Below, piece after piece: positions 28,914 to 40,128 of a DNA stretch of 64,000 nucleotides; position 1 is the first letter of the stretch; each line of letters opens with the position of its first letter. Where the stretch lies: positions 1 to 64,000 of IMG/VR virus record IMGVR_UViG_3300021255_000140; one strand, given 5' to 3'. The notes beneath the pieces are model-generated. The model made no database searches. It was not told the DNA's origin and worked only from the letters and a program-made list of their open reading frames with translations. Origin of the DNA: a virus (Duplodnaviria; Caudoviricetes). Made by a program: the position numbers and the translations under genes.

Positions 28914-29210
28914 ATGAAATACAACAAGAAACAATTGCTTGAAGAAGCACAGAATGCAAGATTTGTTGAAGTGTACAAGTACACTGATACTAATCGCCGT
29001 ATTCATACTGACCATGTAGAATACATCGGTAACGGGAATCTCGACATCTCGGAGATAGACACTCTCCCTTATAACGAGAAAGGCGAGGTTAATGCTGATG
29101 TTCAACTGATGAATCGCGACGATTACGAGTCAACCATTCTCGCCAATAGCGGACAGAGATGGGAAGACGGACTTGAAGAAAACGATAAAATACTGGTGAT
29201 TGTCATTTGA
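28914..29210 (+). CDS. Hypothetical protein
   Basis: 98 aa. Confidence 0.7.
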   Translation: MKYNKKQLLEEAQNARFVEVYKYTDTNRRIHTDHVEYIGNGNLDISEIDTLPYNEKGEVNADVQLMNRDDYESTILANSGQRWEDGLEENDKILVIVI

Positions 29211-29230
29211 GATATTTCTTTTGTAGTCAG

Positions 29231-29458
29231 ATGAAAGAAAGGTACATTATGCAGCCTTCCAAAGAACATCACGATTCTTGGGTTTGCACTGATAGGAGGA
29301 ACGGAATAGTCTGCCGTTTCTCCGCACATAAATTCAATAGTTCTCAGGAGTTCACATTCCTTGAGGACATTGAAAAGCCAGATGCGCTATCAATCGCACG
29401 AATAATGCGCGAGATGGGTGACTGGCTAAAAGAAAACCATTATGATAAAATTTTTTGA
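29231..29458 (+). CDS. Hypothetical protein
   Basis: MKERYIMQPS...WVCTD..NGIVCRF...ARIMREMGDWL. Confidence 0.7.
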   Translation: MKERYIMQPSKEHHDSWVCTDRRNGIVCRFSAHKFNSSQEFTFLEDIEKPDALSIARIMREMGDWLKENHYDKIF

Positions 29459-29461
29459 ATT

Positions 29462-30043
29462 ATGACACAAGAAGAAGCAAAAAGACTGCCTTTCATGAAT
29501 TTCACACCAGACAAAACCCTGGAAGACTGCTTTTACTACAGGATGTATCTGGAGGGACGTCTTGGTGAGGAACAAGGGAAGAAAGCGCATGAGCGTCTGC
29601 GCGACATTGAGAATTTGCCTGTGTTCAACGGGTACATGGACGTCGCGGGTATTATGATTGAGAATCTTGACAGGTACGGATTTGCCTGTGCCGCATGGTG
29701 TGACGGAACGCCAACTCCGAGAAAGAAACTGCGTGAGATGTATGTGAAAAACGTTGACCGCACAGAGCTTTCAAGAGCGCAAGCCGTGTACATTCTCAGC
29801 GAGGAAGCCGTCAAGAAAGTGAACTCTCTTGAAAAATCAATCTCCTCCAGACCTTTCTGGTGCTATATGCCTGACGTGCGCCATGAGGATGTTGAAGAGT
29901 TTGTGTCCATTCTGGAAACACCCGAATGGAAACTCACGGCATACTACTACCAGACGTGTGATGACTACGAGAAAGGAAAGCTGCTGCCAAAGAGGGCACA
30001 CCATTACTCGATAACCTATCACGGCGAGGAGGAAAGCGATTAA
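29462..30043 (+). CDS. Hypothetical protein
   Basis: 193 aa. Confidence 0.7.
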   Translation: MTQEEAKRLPFMNFTPDKTLEDCFYYRMYLEGRLGEEQGKKAHERLRDIENLPVFNGYMDVAGIMIENLDRYGFACAAWCDGTPTPRKKLREMYVKNVDRTELSRAQAVYILSEEAVKKVNSLEKSISSRPFWCYMPDVRHEDVEEFVSILETPEWKLTAYYYQTCDDYEKGKLLPKRAHHYSITYHGEEESD

Positions 30044-30107
30044 GCGCAGGAGCGCGGAGCACGACAACTCCCGCTCCCTCTATTCTTAACAAATTTAATT
30101 ATGAATT

Positions 30108-31445
30108 ATGAACACTGATTTTAACAAAAACAAAGAGCGCATAGGACAAGTGCTCAGATGCTTCAGGATTGAGTGGTCGGATATGAATGTTACTGACGGG
30201 ACCTCTGTCACGCTTTATGAGTTCAAGCCCGCTATAGGTACGAGACTATCCAAAATACGTAATCTAAAAGATGAGCTTGCCATTGCCCTTGAAGCAAAGA
30301 GTGTCCGTGTTATTGCTCCCATACCAGGGAGAGGAACAGTCGGAATAGAGGTGCCGCATAGTGAGAAATCATTACTCCATGTGTCTGAAATCTTCAACTC
30401 CGAAGAGTTCCTGACATCTGGCATGGAACTTCCTCTTGCCATCGGCAAGACAATGACGAACAAAATCTTCATGGCAGACCTCGCCAACATGCCGCATCTG
30501 CTTGTTGCCGGTGCGACAGGGCAAGGTAAATCCGTAGGTCTCAACGTAATGCTCATGTCGCTATTGCAAAAGAAGACGCCGGAAGAGTTGAAACTGGTTC
30601 TGATAGATCCGAAGAAAGTGGAACTGTCGGCGTATGAAACAATCGCAAAACCATACCTTACGAAAATGTTGGGTGCGGATTCTATCATTACGGATGCTCC
30701 GCAAGCACAAGATATGCTTGACTTGTTGTGCCGCCTGATGGAGAAACGTTACACCATGCTCAACGAGGTAGGCGCAAGAAACATCCGTGAGTACAACTCC
30801 AAAAGCGAGAAGAAGATGGAATATTATGTGATTGTCATAGACGAGTACGGAGACCTTATTATGGACCGCCAGTATGGACGAACCCTTGAATATTACATTT
30901 GCCGTCTTGCGCAGAAAGCCCGCGCCGTAGGTATGCACATGATTATTTCAACACAACGGCCATCGGCAACTATCGTGACGGGAAACATCAAGGCGAATTT
31001 TCCTACCCGTATTGCTTTCCGCACTACGACGGGAACAGACAGCCGTGTCATCCTCGACCAAGTTGGAGCGGAGAAATTGACAGGCAACGGAGATATGTTG
31101 TATTTCGCAGGTGCAGAGGTAACACGTGTACAATGCGCATATATCGGCACACATGAGGTAATGAATACTTGCAGACAGATTGCGGATGCTTATGATGACT
31201 GCAGGCAGAAGATAATCTGTACAGAAAAACCTGAAAAGAACCCAGACACCACCCTTGAAACATTAAAAGAGTACTGGATTGGCAGGTGCTTGAGAACATA
31301 CGAGAATCATAAGCATGATTTGTCTTACACTAATCCGTTTAGTTCCACGAATCCGTTAAATACAATGAATTATTTCAAGAGCCTTGCAAACGTGCATGAT
31401 GTGGAAATGGCTGGAATGTTACATGATTGCCTACTGGACAAATAA
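30108..31445 (+). CDS. ftsK: FtsK/SpoIIIE-family DNA translocase, motor only
   Basis: alpha domain (VTLYEF..APIPG..VGIEVP), PHLLVAGATGQGKS, LIDPK, VIDEYGDL, RLAQKARAVG..STQRPS, GAEKLTGNGDML; no TM N-terminus. Confidence 0.92.
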   Translation: MNTDFNKNKERIGQVLRCFRIEWSDMNVTDGTSVTLYEFKPAIGTRLSKIRNLKDELAIALEAKSVRVIAPIPGRGTVGIEVPHSEKSLLHVSEIFNSEEFLTSGMELPLAIGKTMTNKIFMADLANMPHLLVAGATGQGKSVGLNVMLMSLLQKKTPEELKLVLIDPKKVELSAYETIAKPYLTKMLGADSIITDAPQAQDMLDLLCRLMEKRYTMLNEVGARNIREYNSKSEKKMEYYVIVIDEYGDLIMDRQYGRTLEYYICRLAQKARAVGMHMIISTQRPSATIVTGNIKANFPTRIAFRTTTGTDSRVILDQVGAEKLTGNGDMLYFAGAEVTRVQCAYIGTHEVMNTCRQIADAYDDCRQKIICTEKPEKNPDTTLETLKEYWIGRCLRTYENHKHDLSYTNPFSSTNPLNTMNYFKSLANVHDVEMAGMLHDCLLDK

Positions 31446-31657
31446 TTCTTTCCACCCAAGGAGCTCCGGCAAGTAGCATTGTCGGGCTTCGCAAAGTTTT
31501 CATAATTGAATTTTTAGTGGTTAGAAAGAGAGTCGCCCATTTGTTTGGACGGCTCTCGCTTGTATGGCGTGTCTGTATTAATCAGAACGCATAGCCTATA
31601 GGAGGCTCAATTTCACAAAAACATAAAACAAAGTATTGAAAATATAAAAATAATTTG

Positions 31658-31846
31658 TAATTTTGGAGTGTCAAATTCTACTTGCGGCACGAAGAAGCCG
31701 CCAATATAGGTGGCTATTTTTCTGCCTCCAACTTTACGGAACAAAACCATAACTGCACCGCGTGGGGTAGCGGAAACGCCCCCAAGGTATTCGCAAGTAG
31801 AAACCTGACAGCGCGTAGTGCAGTTTCTTTTTGTCAAATTCTACTT
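31658..31846 (+). ncRNA. C4/CI-like antisense RNA leader of the antirepressor
   Basis: TAATTTTG promoter at 31658; direct repeat TGTCAAATTCTACTT at 31669-31683 and 31832-31846; near-complement AAGTAGAA-ACC-TGACA at 31795-31810 inside a stem (31752-31763/31811-31824). Confidence 0.6.
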
Positions 31847-32767
31847 ATGGTACAAAACAATCAAGACAGCATCGTTCTGTCGAAGTCTTCAAGCAATGAA
31901 GACCTCAAGCGGTATTTCACCGCAGTATTAGAGTTGTCAAAGACTGACAACAAGTTTCCAATCAATCTTGATGAAGTATGGCCACTTGTGTATTCGGAAA
32001 GAGGAAAGGCTATCCGAGCGTTACGTGGTAATTTTATTGAAGAAGATGATTATGTTGCTAAAAATCAAGTTTTAGCCAAAAATGGCAAAAACTCAGAAGG
32101 ACGTCCAAAAACAGATTATTTCCTCTCTCTTTCTTGCCTTGAATACTTCATCGCCCGCAAGGTTCGCCCCGTCTTTGAGGTTTACAGAAAAGTATTCCAC
32201 AAAGCCACCGAAACGCCAATCCTCGCCTCCTATCAGATTGAAGACCCGATAGAGCGGGCAAAGAGGTGGATTGCCGAGCAGGAAGAGAAGAAATTGTTGG
32301 AGTGCAAGACGCGCGAACAAAAACTGCTAATCGAACAACAAGAAACACGCATTGAACTTCAAGACAGAGAGTTGAAGGATGCCGCTCCAAAGGTTTCTTT
32401 CTACGACGAAGTGATGCAGAGCGCCGACACGATGACTACCACGCAGGTAGCAAAGAGCATCGGCATGGAGGCGAATGCACTCAACATGAAACTCCGCGAC
32501 ATAGGCATTCTCTACCACCAGTCGGGAATGTGGATGCTCTGCGCTCCGTATTCAAGGTGGAATCTTCATTCCATGCGTACACAGGCGTTCACTCGCTATA
32601 ACGGATCTATCGGAACAAGCCGGTATACCGTATGGAACAACAGAGGATTCCGTTTTATCCATGCTCTCTATGAGAACGAATGGAACATCCGAAAAGCCAT
32701 CAAGTCAATCAACCCCGGATGGAACGAAAGCCAGAAAGCCGAAAGGAAGGAGGCGGTAGCGTTATGA
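31847..32767 (+). CDS. ant: Phage antirepressor (AntA-like N-terminus, KilAC/ANT C-terminus)
   Basis: PINLDEVW.LVY, GRPKTDYFLS, APKVSFYD...TTTQVAK..GM...LN, TVWNNRG. Confidence 0.85.
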   Translation: MVQNNQDSIVLSKSSSNEDLKRYFTAVLELSKTDNKFPINLDEVWPLVYSERGKAIRALRGNFIEEDDYVAKNQVLAKNGKNSEGRPKTDYFLSLSCLEYFIARKVRPVFEVYRKVFHKATETPILASYQIEDPIERAKRWIAEQEEKKLLECKTREQKLLIEQQETRIELQDRELKDAAPKVSFYDEVMQSADTMTTTQVAKSIGMEANALNMKLRDIGILYHQSGMWMLCAPYSRWNLHSMRTQAFTRYNGSIGTSRYTVWNNRGFRFIHALYENEWNIRKAIKSINPGWNESQKAERKEAVAL

Positions 32768-32958
32768 ATGAGCTTCAAAAAATGTTTGATGCGATGCATG
32801 AATTGGGTATTGAAGTTGATAATGACGGTCTTGATGTCTTTCTTACGCTCAAAGATGTTTTTGTCATAGAACCTCAGTATCGGAATGCAAATGGAATGAA
32901 AGCAATCTTCAAGTCCGGAGATTATGCAGTGGCAATTTCTATACAGAAGAAGAGTTGA
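32764..32958 (+). CDS. Small hypothetical protein
   Basis: MNELQKMFD..., ATGA-coupled to ant. Confidence 0.6.
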   Translation: MNELQKMFDAMHELGIEVDNDGLDVFLTLKDVFVIEPQYRNANGMKAIFKSGDYAVAISIQKKS

Positions 32959-33035
32959 AAACCGACAACTGGGCGCATGGTCTTGATTGACTATGTGCCC
33001 GCAAAAGGACAATTAGATTAAAAATAAGACATATT

Positions 33036-33866
33036 ATGAAACTTAAATCATTTGAAGAGGAATTTGCCTCGCGCAATCCTGACCGCACACAGATTCTCCG
33101 CTATATGCGCGAAGCTCTGGGAACAGATGAAGTAAAATGGAAAGACCTCAACACACGTAATATTACAGAAATACGTGACCACATCTGTGACACCGTCGCA
33201 GGAAACTCCGCCTGCACTTATCTCGCCATTCTAAAGGCATTTCTTGACATCTACAAGGACGATGGCGTTATCCCATGCAAAGATTTTATACGATACCTGA
33301 AAAGCAGGAGGGTGCCTTCTGAACAGGTTGTCCTCAGCGCAGAGGAAATTGACTGCATAGAAAAGTACGTCCCGAAATCTGAACATGAGCAGTGGGTAAA
33401 GGCGCAGTTCCTCTGCGAATACTACTGCATGGCTCGCACATCCGACATCCAGGACATCAGCGAAGAAAACATCGAGGATGGCTTTATAAATTACGTGTCG
33501 AAGAAAACAAAAACGCAGACTTCTGTACCACTGCACCGCAACTTTCTCAAATACCTCTCGCAGAGAGGTGAGACGCTGAAACGCGCATCATATAATCGCA
33601 TAATCAAGCGTATCTGCAAGAATGTCGGCATTACACAAGATGTAAAATTATTCTATCACGGGAAATACATCAAGAAACCGAAATACGAGTTTGTAGGCTC
33701 GCATACAGCACGCAGAAGTGCAGCAAGCGAACTCGCACGGCGTAATGTTCCTATAGCAACTATCAGTCAGTTGATGAACCACAACGGGCACATTACTACG
33801 ACACAACGCTATATCTTCGCAGACACCAGAAATCTTAATGAAAATGCGATGTCTTTCTTCAATTGA
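33036..33866 (+). CDS. Tyrosine recombinase (no arm-binding domain)
   Basis: Catalytic set intact: ARTSD (R), KKTK (K), SHTARRS (HxxR), MNH (H), TTQRY (Y); 276 aa. Confidence 0.9.
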   Translation: MKLKSFEEEFASRNPDRTQILRYMREALGTDEVKWKDLNTRNITEIRDHICDTVAGNSACTYLAILKAFLDIYKDDGVIPCKDFIRYLKSRRVPSEQVVLSAEEIDCIEKYVPKSEHEQWVKAQFLCEYYCMARTSDIQDISEENIEDGFINYVSKKTKTQTSVPLHRNFLKYLSQRGETLKRASYNRIIKRICKNVGITQDVKLFYHGKYIKKPKYEFVGSHTARRSAASELARRNVPIATISQLMNHNGHITTTQRYIFADTRNLNENAMSFFN

Positions 33867-34174
33867 GAAAAAAGCATTACTTTTGCTAATGTTTGTGAGT
33901 TTATTGCTGAAAATATGACACGTGACGGATATACATTGCAGACAAAAGAAACGTTTATTAAAGAATTTAGAAAATATATGGAGGACAAAATATGAGGATT
34001 CGTAAAATAAGGTATGTGGCAGATAGTTGCCCATTAAAAAGAAAGAATTGTGACACTTGCCAATATTGTAATGGCATAGAGAGTAGTGGTAAAGTTTATT
34101 GTTATTACGGACATAAAGAAGAATAATTAACTATTGTATAAATATTTATTTTAACTCAAAAAAAACAAAACCTT

Positions 34175-34552
34175 ATGAAGAAATTTTTATTAACAGCATT
34201 GTTATGCACCGTTCTTACTGGGGCTTATGCACAAAATTACAAAAACGACGGGAAACCTTATGCTTTCTTTTGCCAGATTGTCGGAGAAGAAAACCTGGTA
34301 GGGCAATTAAGGATAAAAGTCCTATGGGATAACAAAAAGACCGAGCAGAACATGCGCGACGAAAAAGGTCAGAAGATTGAGTTCGGGTCTATGACAGATG
34401 CCCTTAATTTCTTTTCAAAGAGAGGGTGGGAGTATGTCGACTGCGCATTCTTTGGAAGTAAAGGCAATTATGCCATTCATTATCTGATGAAGAAAATGGT
34501 TACATCTGACGAAGAAGCCAAGGAGGGCCTTTATTTCAAAGGAGAGAAATAA
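34175..34552 (+). CDS. Secreted/periplasmic protein (moron-like)
   Basis: Signal peptide MKKFLLTALLCTVLTGAYA/Q; DALNFFSKRGWEYV motif. Confidence 0.7.
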   Translation: MKKFLLTALLCTVLTGAYAQNYKNDGKPYAFFCQIVGEENLVGQLRIKVLWDNKKTEQNMRDEKGQKIEFGSMTDALNFFSKRGWEYVDCAFFGSKGNYAIHYLMKKMVTSDEEAKEGLYFKGEK

Positions 34553-34564
34553 ATTCAGGCAAAC

Positions 34565-34604
34565 AAAAAAAATAGGGAGGACAGCTTTGCAACTGCCCTC
34601 CCTT
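34565..34604 (-). terminator. Intrinsic terminator of the leftward operon
   Basis: Minus strand AGGGAGGGCAG-ttgcaaag-CTGTCCTCCCT followed by A and T8. Confidence 0.75.
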
Positions 34605-34645
34605 CAACAAACACCTAAATTTGTTCTTTAACACACAAAAACACG

Positions 34646-35557
34646 TCAAAACGGTATATCTACAAGTATATCTCTCCATTTATATGGTCTGACGTGCAGA
34701 CTTTTGTCAAACCATTTATGATACATTGACATCATACGAGAACACCCGATCGGATTTCTTCTCCAAAGTTCTAAATAGCCAAGATAGGCATAAAGAAAAT
34801 CATAGTCGTGTTCAAAACCGAGCCATCCTATTATTTTGTCAGCGTCTGCAGCAATGAAGTTCACCGGCACAAATGCCTTTAACAATTGTATCATTTCCTT
34901 TGAGAGCGGACATCTCAGGGCGGATGGAGGAATATCCCACAATCCGAGCCCAATGCCGTCTGCGGCGCCGAGAATAAGTCTGAGCATCCTTACACGAAAA
35001 GGGTCATTAGTATGTGCCAGTTCTCCGATTGTTACCATAACATCGTAGCCGTCGCCCAGAAAGAAACACCCAAGGCTTTCCGGATGATAAGATGTTTTTT
35101 CGCCGAACCAGTTGCATAACGCCAGCTTTTCCCATAGAGCGTTCATATATTGAGATATTTTCCAATTCTCTACACCCCCGGTCATTTTGGTCTGGGATTC
35201 TCCGAGAGAGAGTGCTACAAACTCTCTCCTGTAGAACCATTCCCAAGGATGTTGACCCAATAGTTCCTGATATTCGCTAATAGCACTAAATTCTGAGTCT
35301 GTCTTAATCTGCAATGCTGCGAATGCGGCGATTTCCTTATCCCTTTGCTCCGAGTAATAGGACGGGAGGATAAACATTGGGTACGCAGGGAAAACATGCC
35401 GTTTCTTATACCTTGCGACAAGGTTGTATAGCCACTCTCGGAAATAAAATGAAAACTCTACGAAGAATGCCTGTGTGATACGCTCTCTATGTTTCGCTTT
35501 TTCCTGGAGCCGCAGCGCATGTTCTATTTTTTTCTTTTCGAGTTTAGATCCTTTCAT
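34646..35557 (-). CDS. Hypothetical protein
   Basis: 303 aa; RDKEIAAFAA weakly recalls the DUF2400 family, not secure. Confidence 0.65.
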   Translation of the reverse strand: MKGSKLEKKKIEHALRLQEKAKHRERITQAFFVEFSFYFREWLYNLVARYKKRHVFPAYPMFILPSYYSEQRDKEIAAFAALQIKTDSEFSAISEYQELLGQHPWEWFYRREFVALSLGESQTKMTGGVENWKISQYMNALWEKLALCNWFGEKTSYHPESLGCFFLGDGYDVMVTIGELAHTNDPFRVRMLRLILGAADGIGLGLWDIPPSALRCPLSKEMIQLLKAFVPVNFIAADADKIIGWLGFEHDYDFLYAYLGYLELWRRNPIGCSRMMSMYHKWFDKSLHVRPYKWRDILVDIPF

Positions 35558-35603
35558 ACAACAATGTATATTTTCCTTGCTCTATAATATATTTCTTTAT
35601 TGA

Positions 35604-38600
35604 TCATTTATTCTTCCTAAAATTCCAATTAGCGTTTATTGGTGGCAACGTTTTTTCTTCTTGCTTTCGCCCTTGATATATGTTTCCGCATTTCCTTTGA
35701 TATTCACACATTCTTAAATAATCAACTATATTTGCCATCTGGTCAAAAGAGATAGGAATATCAGTTTGTATGCTATCTTTCGGCTCAAATTTTGCAAGGA
35801 AAGCAGAAGGTTCTTGTGAAAAAACTTCATGTGCATCCATCCCTAAGATTTCTGCAATTTTATATAATTGTTCTCTCGTTTTTGCTTCTAACATAATGAT
35901 TCGTTGTTTTTTTCTTATCAAGTGCTAAATTTCCCAATTCTTCAATTTCTTTAAGTGCCTTTTCTACATGAGGTGGGTGTTTTTGTTTTATATCCACAAG
36001 ATTTCCTTGTTTATCTTGTGTGACAATAATATTAGGGATTGCGTTATCAATTACTTGACAACGTAGTTTTGCAAAGTAATCGGCAATTTCACGATGTTTC
36101 TCTATTCGCTTTATAATGTCCCATCTTTCTTCTATCTTGTATTCATTCATCTTGCAGTATCATAATCTTTCAATTTTTCGTCTATTGCTTTTAATGTGCT
36201 TTCTATCTTTACTTTTGTGCCTTCAAGCCATCCTTTGACTTCGCACAATGCAAGGTCCTGTGCCTTATAAGGGTCACTTTCGTAATAATCTTCACCCACA
36301 TTGACAGAAGCCTTATATCTTCCAGCTTCATCTTGCCAATAATCCAAATCGCAATCAACGGAAAAGCCTTTTCCTAAATGGTGAGCATATTCTTGTGTCT
36401 TATTTTTCATAATCAAATATTTTTAGTAATCTCATCTAAACCTTGTATGAATTTCTTTATTTTTCTTCTCCAATACCACCTTGTCAAAAATGTCGCATTG
36501 GCAAAATGTATAGCAAGTTCAACAAACTTTTCTGAAAGTGTCCATCTTACTTCTTGTTTGAGATTTCCTAATATGCGTTCATAAATTTCTGCATTATCCT
36601 CCATGCTTTTGCTAACAGCCTCAAAGGCAGATGCAAGTTCTTCGGCAGTTTGTTCGCTAAATTCTTTGAAAGATTCTTTATCATTAATAGTTTTGTTTAA
36701 TTCATCCATAATCAAAATTTTTCTTTGTAATATTTTACCGCATCGTCCAAGTCCTGCTTTAATTTTTTCAAGTTGGCTATTTCTTTTTCACTTAGTCTTG
36801 GGCATCCCATGAGCCAAGATTTCAAGTTGATGGTGTTTTGGTTAAATTCATAGGCGAAGGTATTGTATTCCGACCATTTGAAATATTCACCAATACTTAC
36901 GTTTTCTTCCACACAAGTGATGATTTCATCCATTCTCAATGTTTCCGTGTCAAGGAAGCAATAAACCTCACCTACCGCATTTCCAGCCCACCAACCACTA
37001 TCTTCTCCCAATTCCCACATCTTTTCCAATTCTTTGACATAGGCATTGCAAGCCTTTTCGTAGTTATTTCTGAGTTCTTGTTTATTCATTTTTGCAGATC
37101 TATTTTATTATATATTTATCCGGATTATCTTTTATCTTCCTGAGAACAGCATTTGCATCCTCAAGACGATCAAAATAAGCTACGTCCAATTTATGTTTTC
37201 TTAATGATACAGAACGTATGGATTGATTTTCTAAAAAATCGGAAATTACACAATATGACCAGTATGAAGTGATTCCCCGGAAATCAAGGTATCTTTTTCT
37301 AAAGCCGAATAAAGATGTTCTTACCAGGTAGTAAGCTTTTCTTTCTACAATTTCTTTGCCGAATATGTTTTTATGCTTTAATTCGACTGTTTCAATTTTG
37401 AGTTTCATCGGGTTTTACTATTTTGTAGGTTATATCTAATTCAATCTGTGAAGTACATTCCTGGTCCATGATATTATTAATATCTTCCCAAATCATTTTG
37501 CCAAGAGTCTGTATTTCCTCTTCCTTTTTGGCAACCAAAAATTCAGTTTCACCTAAGTCACCGGAATACCATTTGAAGGCACTTCCATTGTCAACTTGTT
37601 CAATTTCAATTTTTACTTTTTGTTCCATAATCAGAATTTCAAGTTTAGAAAGTTTATTTGTTCTTTGGTGAGCCATGTTTCATAGTTCAATGGTTTCCAG
37701 AATGTAAAGAGCATTTTGTTATAAGATAAGGAATTGTGTATATCTTCCCATGTCTGTTGTAATTGCTCATAATACTTTTGATTTTCTAAAGTAAAGTTTT
37801 CACCTGGGATTGCATCTAAGAAACCCATGCAAACATTATAGCTTTTGTGATTGATACCTGTTACAAAGTTATATACCAAACAATTCCTTATGCCGATAAT
37901 TGTTGCTCCGATAATTAGCAATAAGCCAAGTACAATAAAAAACATCATACCAATTGTTTTATTTGAAGTGTTATTTGCGCTGACCTTTCTTTTATTGGAA
38001 CAAAGTAAATATGCTTTACAGTCCAATCAGCATATTTTATACTACGTGGTGCGCCTAATCTGAAATCACTAAGCCAAATGGATTCATACTGATAATCATT
38101 ATCTGTACTATCGTCTATTTCCAATTCAATTCTTGCATCTTCATCTGATATAAATCTAAGAAAATTTCTAAGTGTCATAATTATTCATCTTTTGTTGTTC
38201 TTTTAATGCCATGCCATACTTAATAGCATCATTGTAGGTAGGTAGTCTGTGTTCTTTTTCAATGATACTTGTTGCAAAGTTTATTTCTATTTCAGCTTCT
38301 TCTTTTGTCTGTTTGTCACAAGCGGCAAGTCGATTCTTTTCAAATTGTTCAAATTGCCATTTTGCACCAGCCTTGAAAGCCTGTCTTTTACCATATACCG
38401 ATGAACACTCGTCAACCTCTGGGGCAAAACCTATGTAAGTGTTAACAGCTTCTTCCAACTTCTCGTTTACATGCTCTTCTTGCACCTCTTTCACTTCAAG
38501 TGTGTCAATGAAGTCTCTTACTATCCCTAATATTTCGTACTCAAATGTAGCATCGGCTCTTTGACGGCCACTTAAAGGGATGGCGCATACACCCTTCTTA

Positions 38601-38662
38601 ATCTCATCTCGCCAATTATTTATCTTTGACACTACATCGGTTTTTTTGATATACTGTTCCAT
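35604..38662 (-). other. Block of 10 small AT-rich hypothetical genes
   Basis: Tightly packed ORFs ending at 35604, 35860, 36147, 36413, 36712, 37100, 37392, 37631, 37945, 38168. Confidence 0.7.
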
Positions 38663-38673
38663 AACTATAAATC

Positions 38674-39672
38674 TTAACCGATTGCAACTAATATACAACT
38701 AAGATAATTAGCAATAGATACAAGTTCAGGAATGTCTTTATACTGTTTCTTATCACCTCTGCAAAGTGCTTGAGTTATATTGAAAGTGTTGTATTTCCAA
38801 TTATCGGGATTGTTAAAGAACTCACATTTAATGCTCAGTTCAAAGAAATCTTTATCTTTCAACCACTGCTCCCTTTCATTGTATGCTTTTTCTCTGCGCT
38901 CTCTTTCTTCTTCAGATGAAGAATTACTAATAAGAGTCCACAAAAGATTGGCCGCAATTTGTTTATTCAGCTTATCTACTCTCTTAGAAAGCAGAATATC
39001 ATACTCTTCTTTGGTTATTACTTTCCACTTACCATCATTTCCTTGTGTTCTAAAAAGGTTAATATCAACTTTTTTACCCTCTGGAGTTATAACATAGAAT
39101 ATACCTTCTGTGTCAAAGTCACCATGTTTTTTATCTGCCAAAAAAGTCTGCGCATATATTTTATACTTACCGTTCTTTGGCATATAAGGCATTGTAATTG
39201 GAAACATTTCATCTATAAAACCGGTCCATGAGCAATAAGTATCTGAGGGTTCTTCAATATTGATGTAGTATGCCCTGTCTATATCGTGGTAAGACACTTT
39301 TCCATCAAGTGTTTCTTCACGGAAAAGACTACTCATTCTCGGACATTGAATATCAGACTTTAATCCTCTTTCTTTTAGATACTCTGTTGGCTCTAAACTT
39401 TGCACCTCTGTACCATTTGCCCTGACAAAGAAATCTTCATCAGTAATAGGGGTAAGAGGTTGCCCTTCCATAAGTCTTATAAGAATATTCTTTGTAAAAT
39501 TAAAACTACTACCACTATGGTCGTCATCGCATAAACTTTGGTACGCTTTAAGCGCAGATTTGTAACAACTACAACCATAATCCCAATCCTTTTCGTTGTC
39601 AAAATCGAACTTGGGATTTTCTCTCTTGCAGGCTATTCGGCATTCCTGCTCTGCCCAATCTAACATACTCAT
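38674..39672 (-). CDS. Conserved-looking phage hypothetical protein
   Basis: 332 aa, HSGSSF...PLTPITD...QCPRMSSLF. Confidence 0.7.
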   Translation of the reverse strand: MSMLDWAEQECRIACKRENPKFDFDNEKDWDYGCSCYKSALKAYQSLCDDDHSGSSFNFTKNILIRLMEGQPLTPITDEDFFVRANGTEVQSLEPTEYLKERGLKSDIQCPRMSSLFREETLDGKVSYHDIDRAYYINIEEPSDTYCSWTGFIDEMFPITMPYMPKNGKYKIYAQTFLADKKHGDFDTEGIFYVITPEGKKVDINLFRTQGNDGKWKVITKEEYDILLSKRVDKLNKQIAANLLWTLISNSSSEEERERREKAYNEREQWLKDKDFFELSIKCEFFNNPDNWKYNTFNITQALCRGDKKQYKDIPELVSIANYLSCILVAIG

Positions 39673-40124
39673 ACCTTATCTCCTTTCTGTGCTTTGAATT
39701 TATCCAATAATTTATCCAATGCCATATAGTATGATTCCTTAATACTTTTTGCTTCCTTTGAATCTGGATCAACTCCCATTTCTTTAAGAGTATCGTCAAT
39801 GCTTGGTATGCTGACATAAGAAGATTTGTATCTAAGACCAAGTTCAAAGAAATATTTAGCACATTTTTCTATATCTTCATACAAAACATTTTCAAATTCC
39901 TTAGATGCTTCGTTATTATACCATTTATCAATTTCTTTATCCAAATCATATTCTTTCACTTCAAGGGTGTCGAGGGAATCTTTTATAAGATTAACGACTT
40001 CAATATGAGCAGCAGCCAGACATTCGTGCATATTACCCATTGGGTTTAGATTGCAGTTCTTTTGCAAGCCCCTTACTATTTCATCTATCACCGCCACTAC
40101 AGCGTCTTTGTCTATTAGTTCCAT
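39669..40124 (-). CDS. Hypothetical protein, N-terminus paralogous to 38168-38662
   Basis: LIDKDAVVAVI...LDTLEVKE versus YIKKTDVVSKI...IDTLEVKE. Confidence 0.7.
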   Translation of the reverse strand: MELIDKDAVVAVIDEIVRGLQKNCNLNPMGNMHECLAAAHIEVVNLIKDSLDTLEVKEYDLDKEIDKWYNNEASKEFENVLYEDIEKCAKYFFELGLRYKSSYVSIPSIDDTLKEMGVDPDSKEAKSIKESYYMALDKLLDKFKAQKGDKV

Positions 40125-40128
40125 AATT

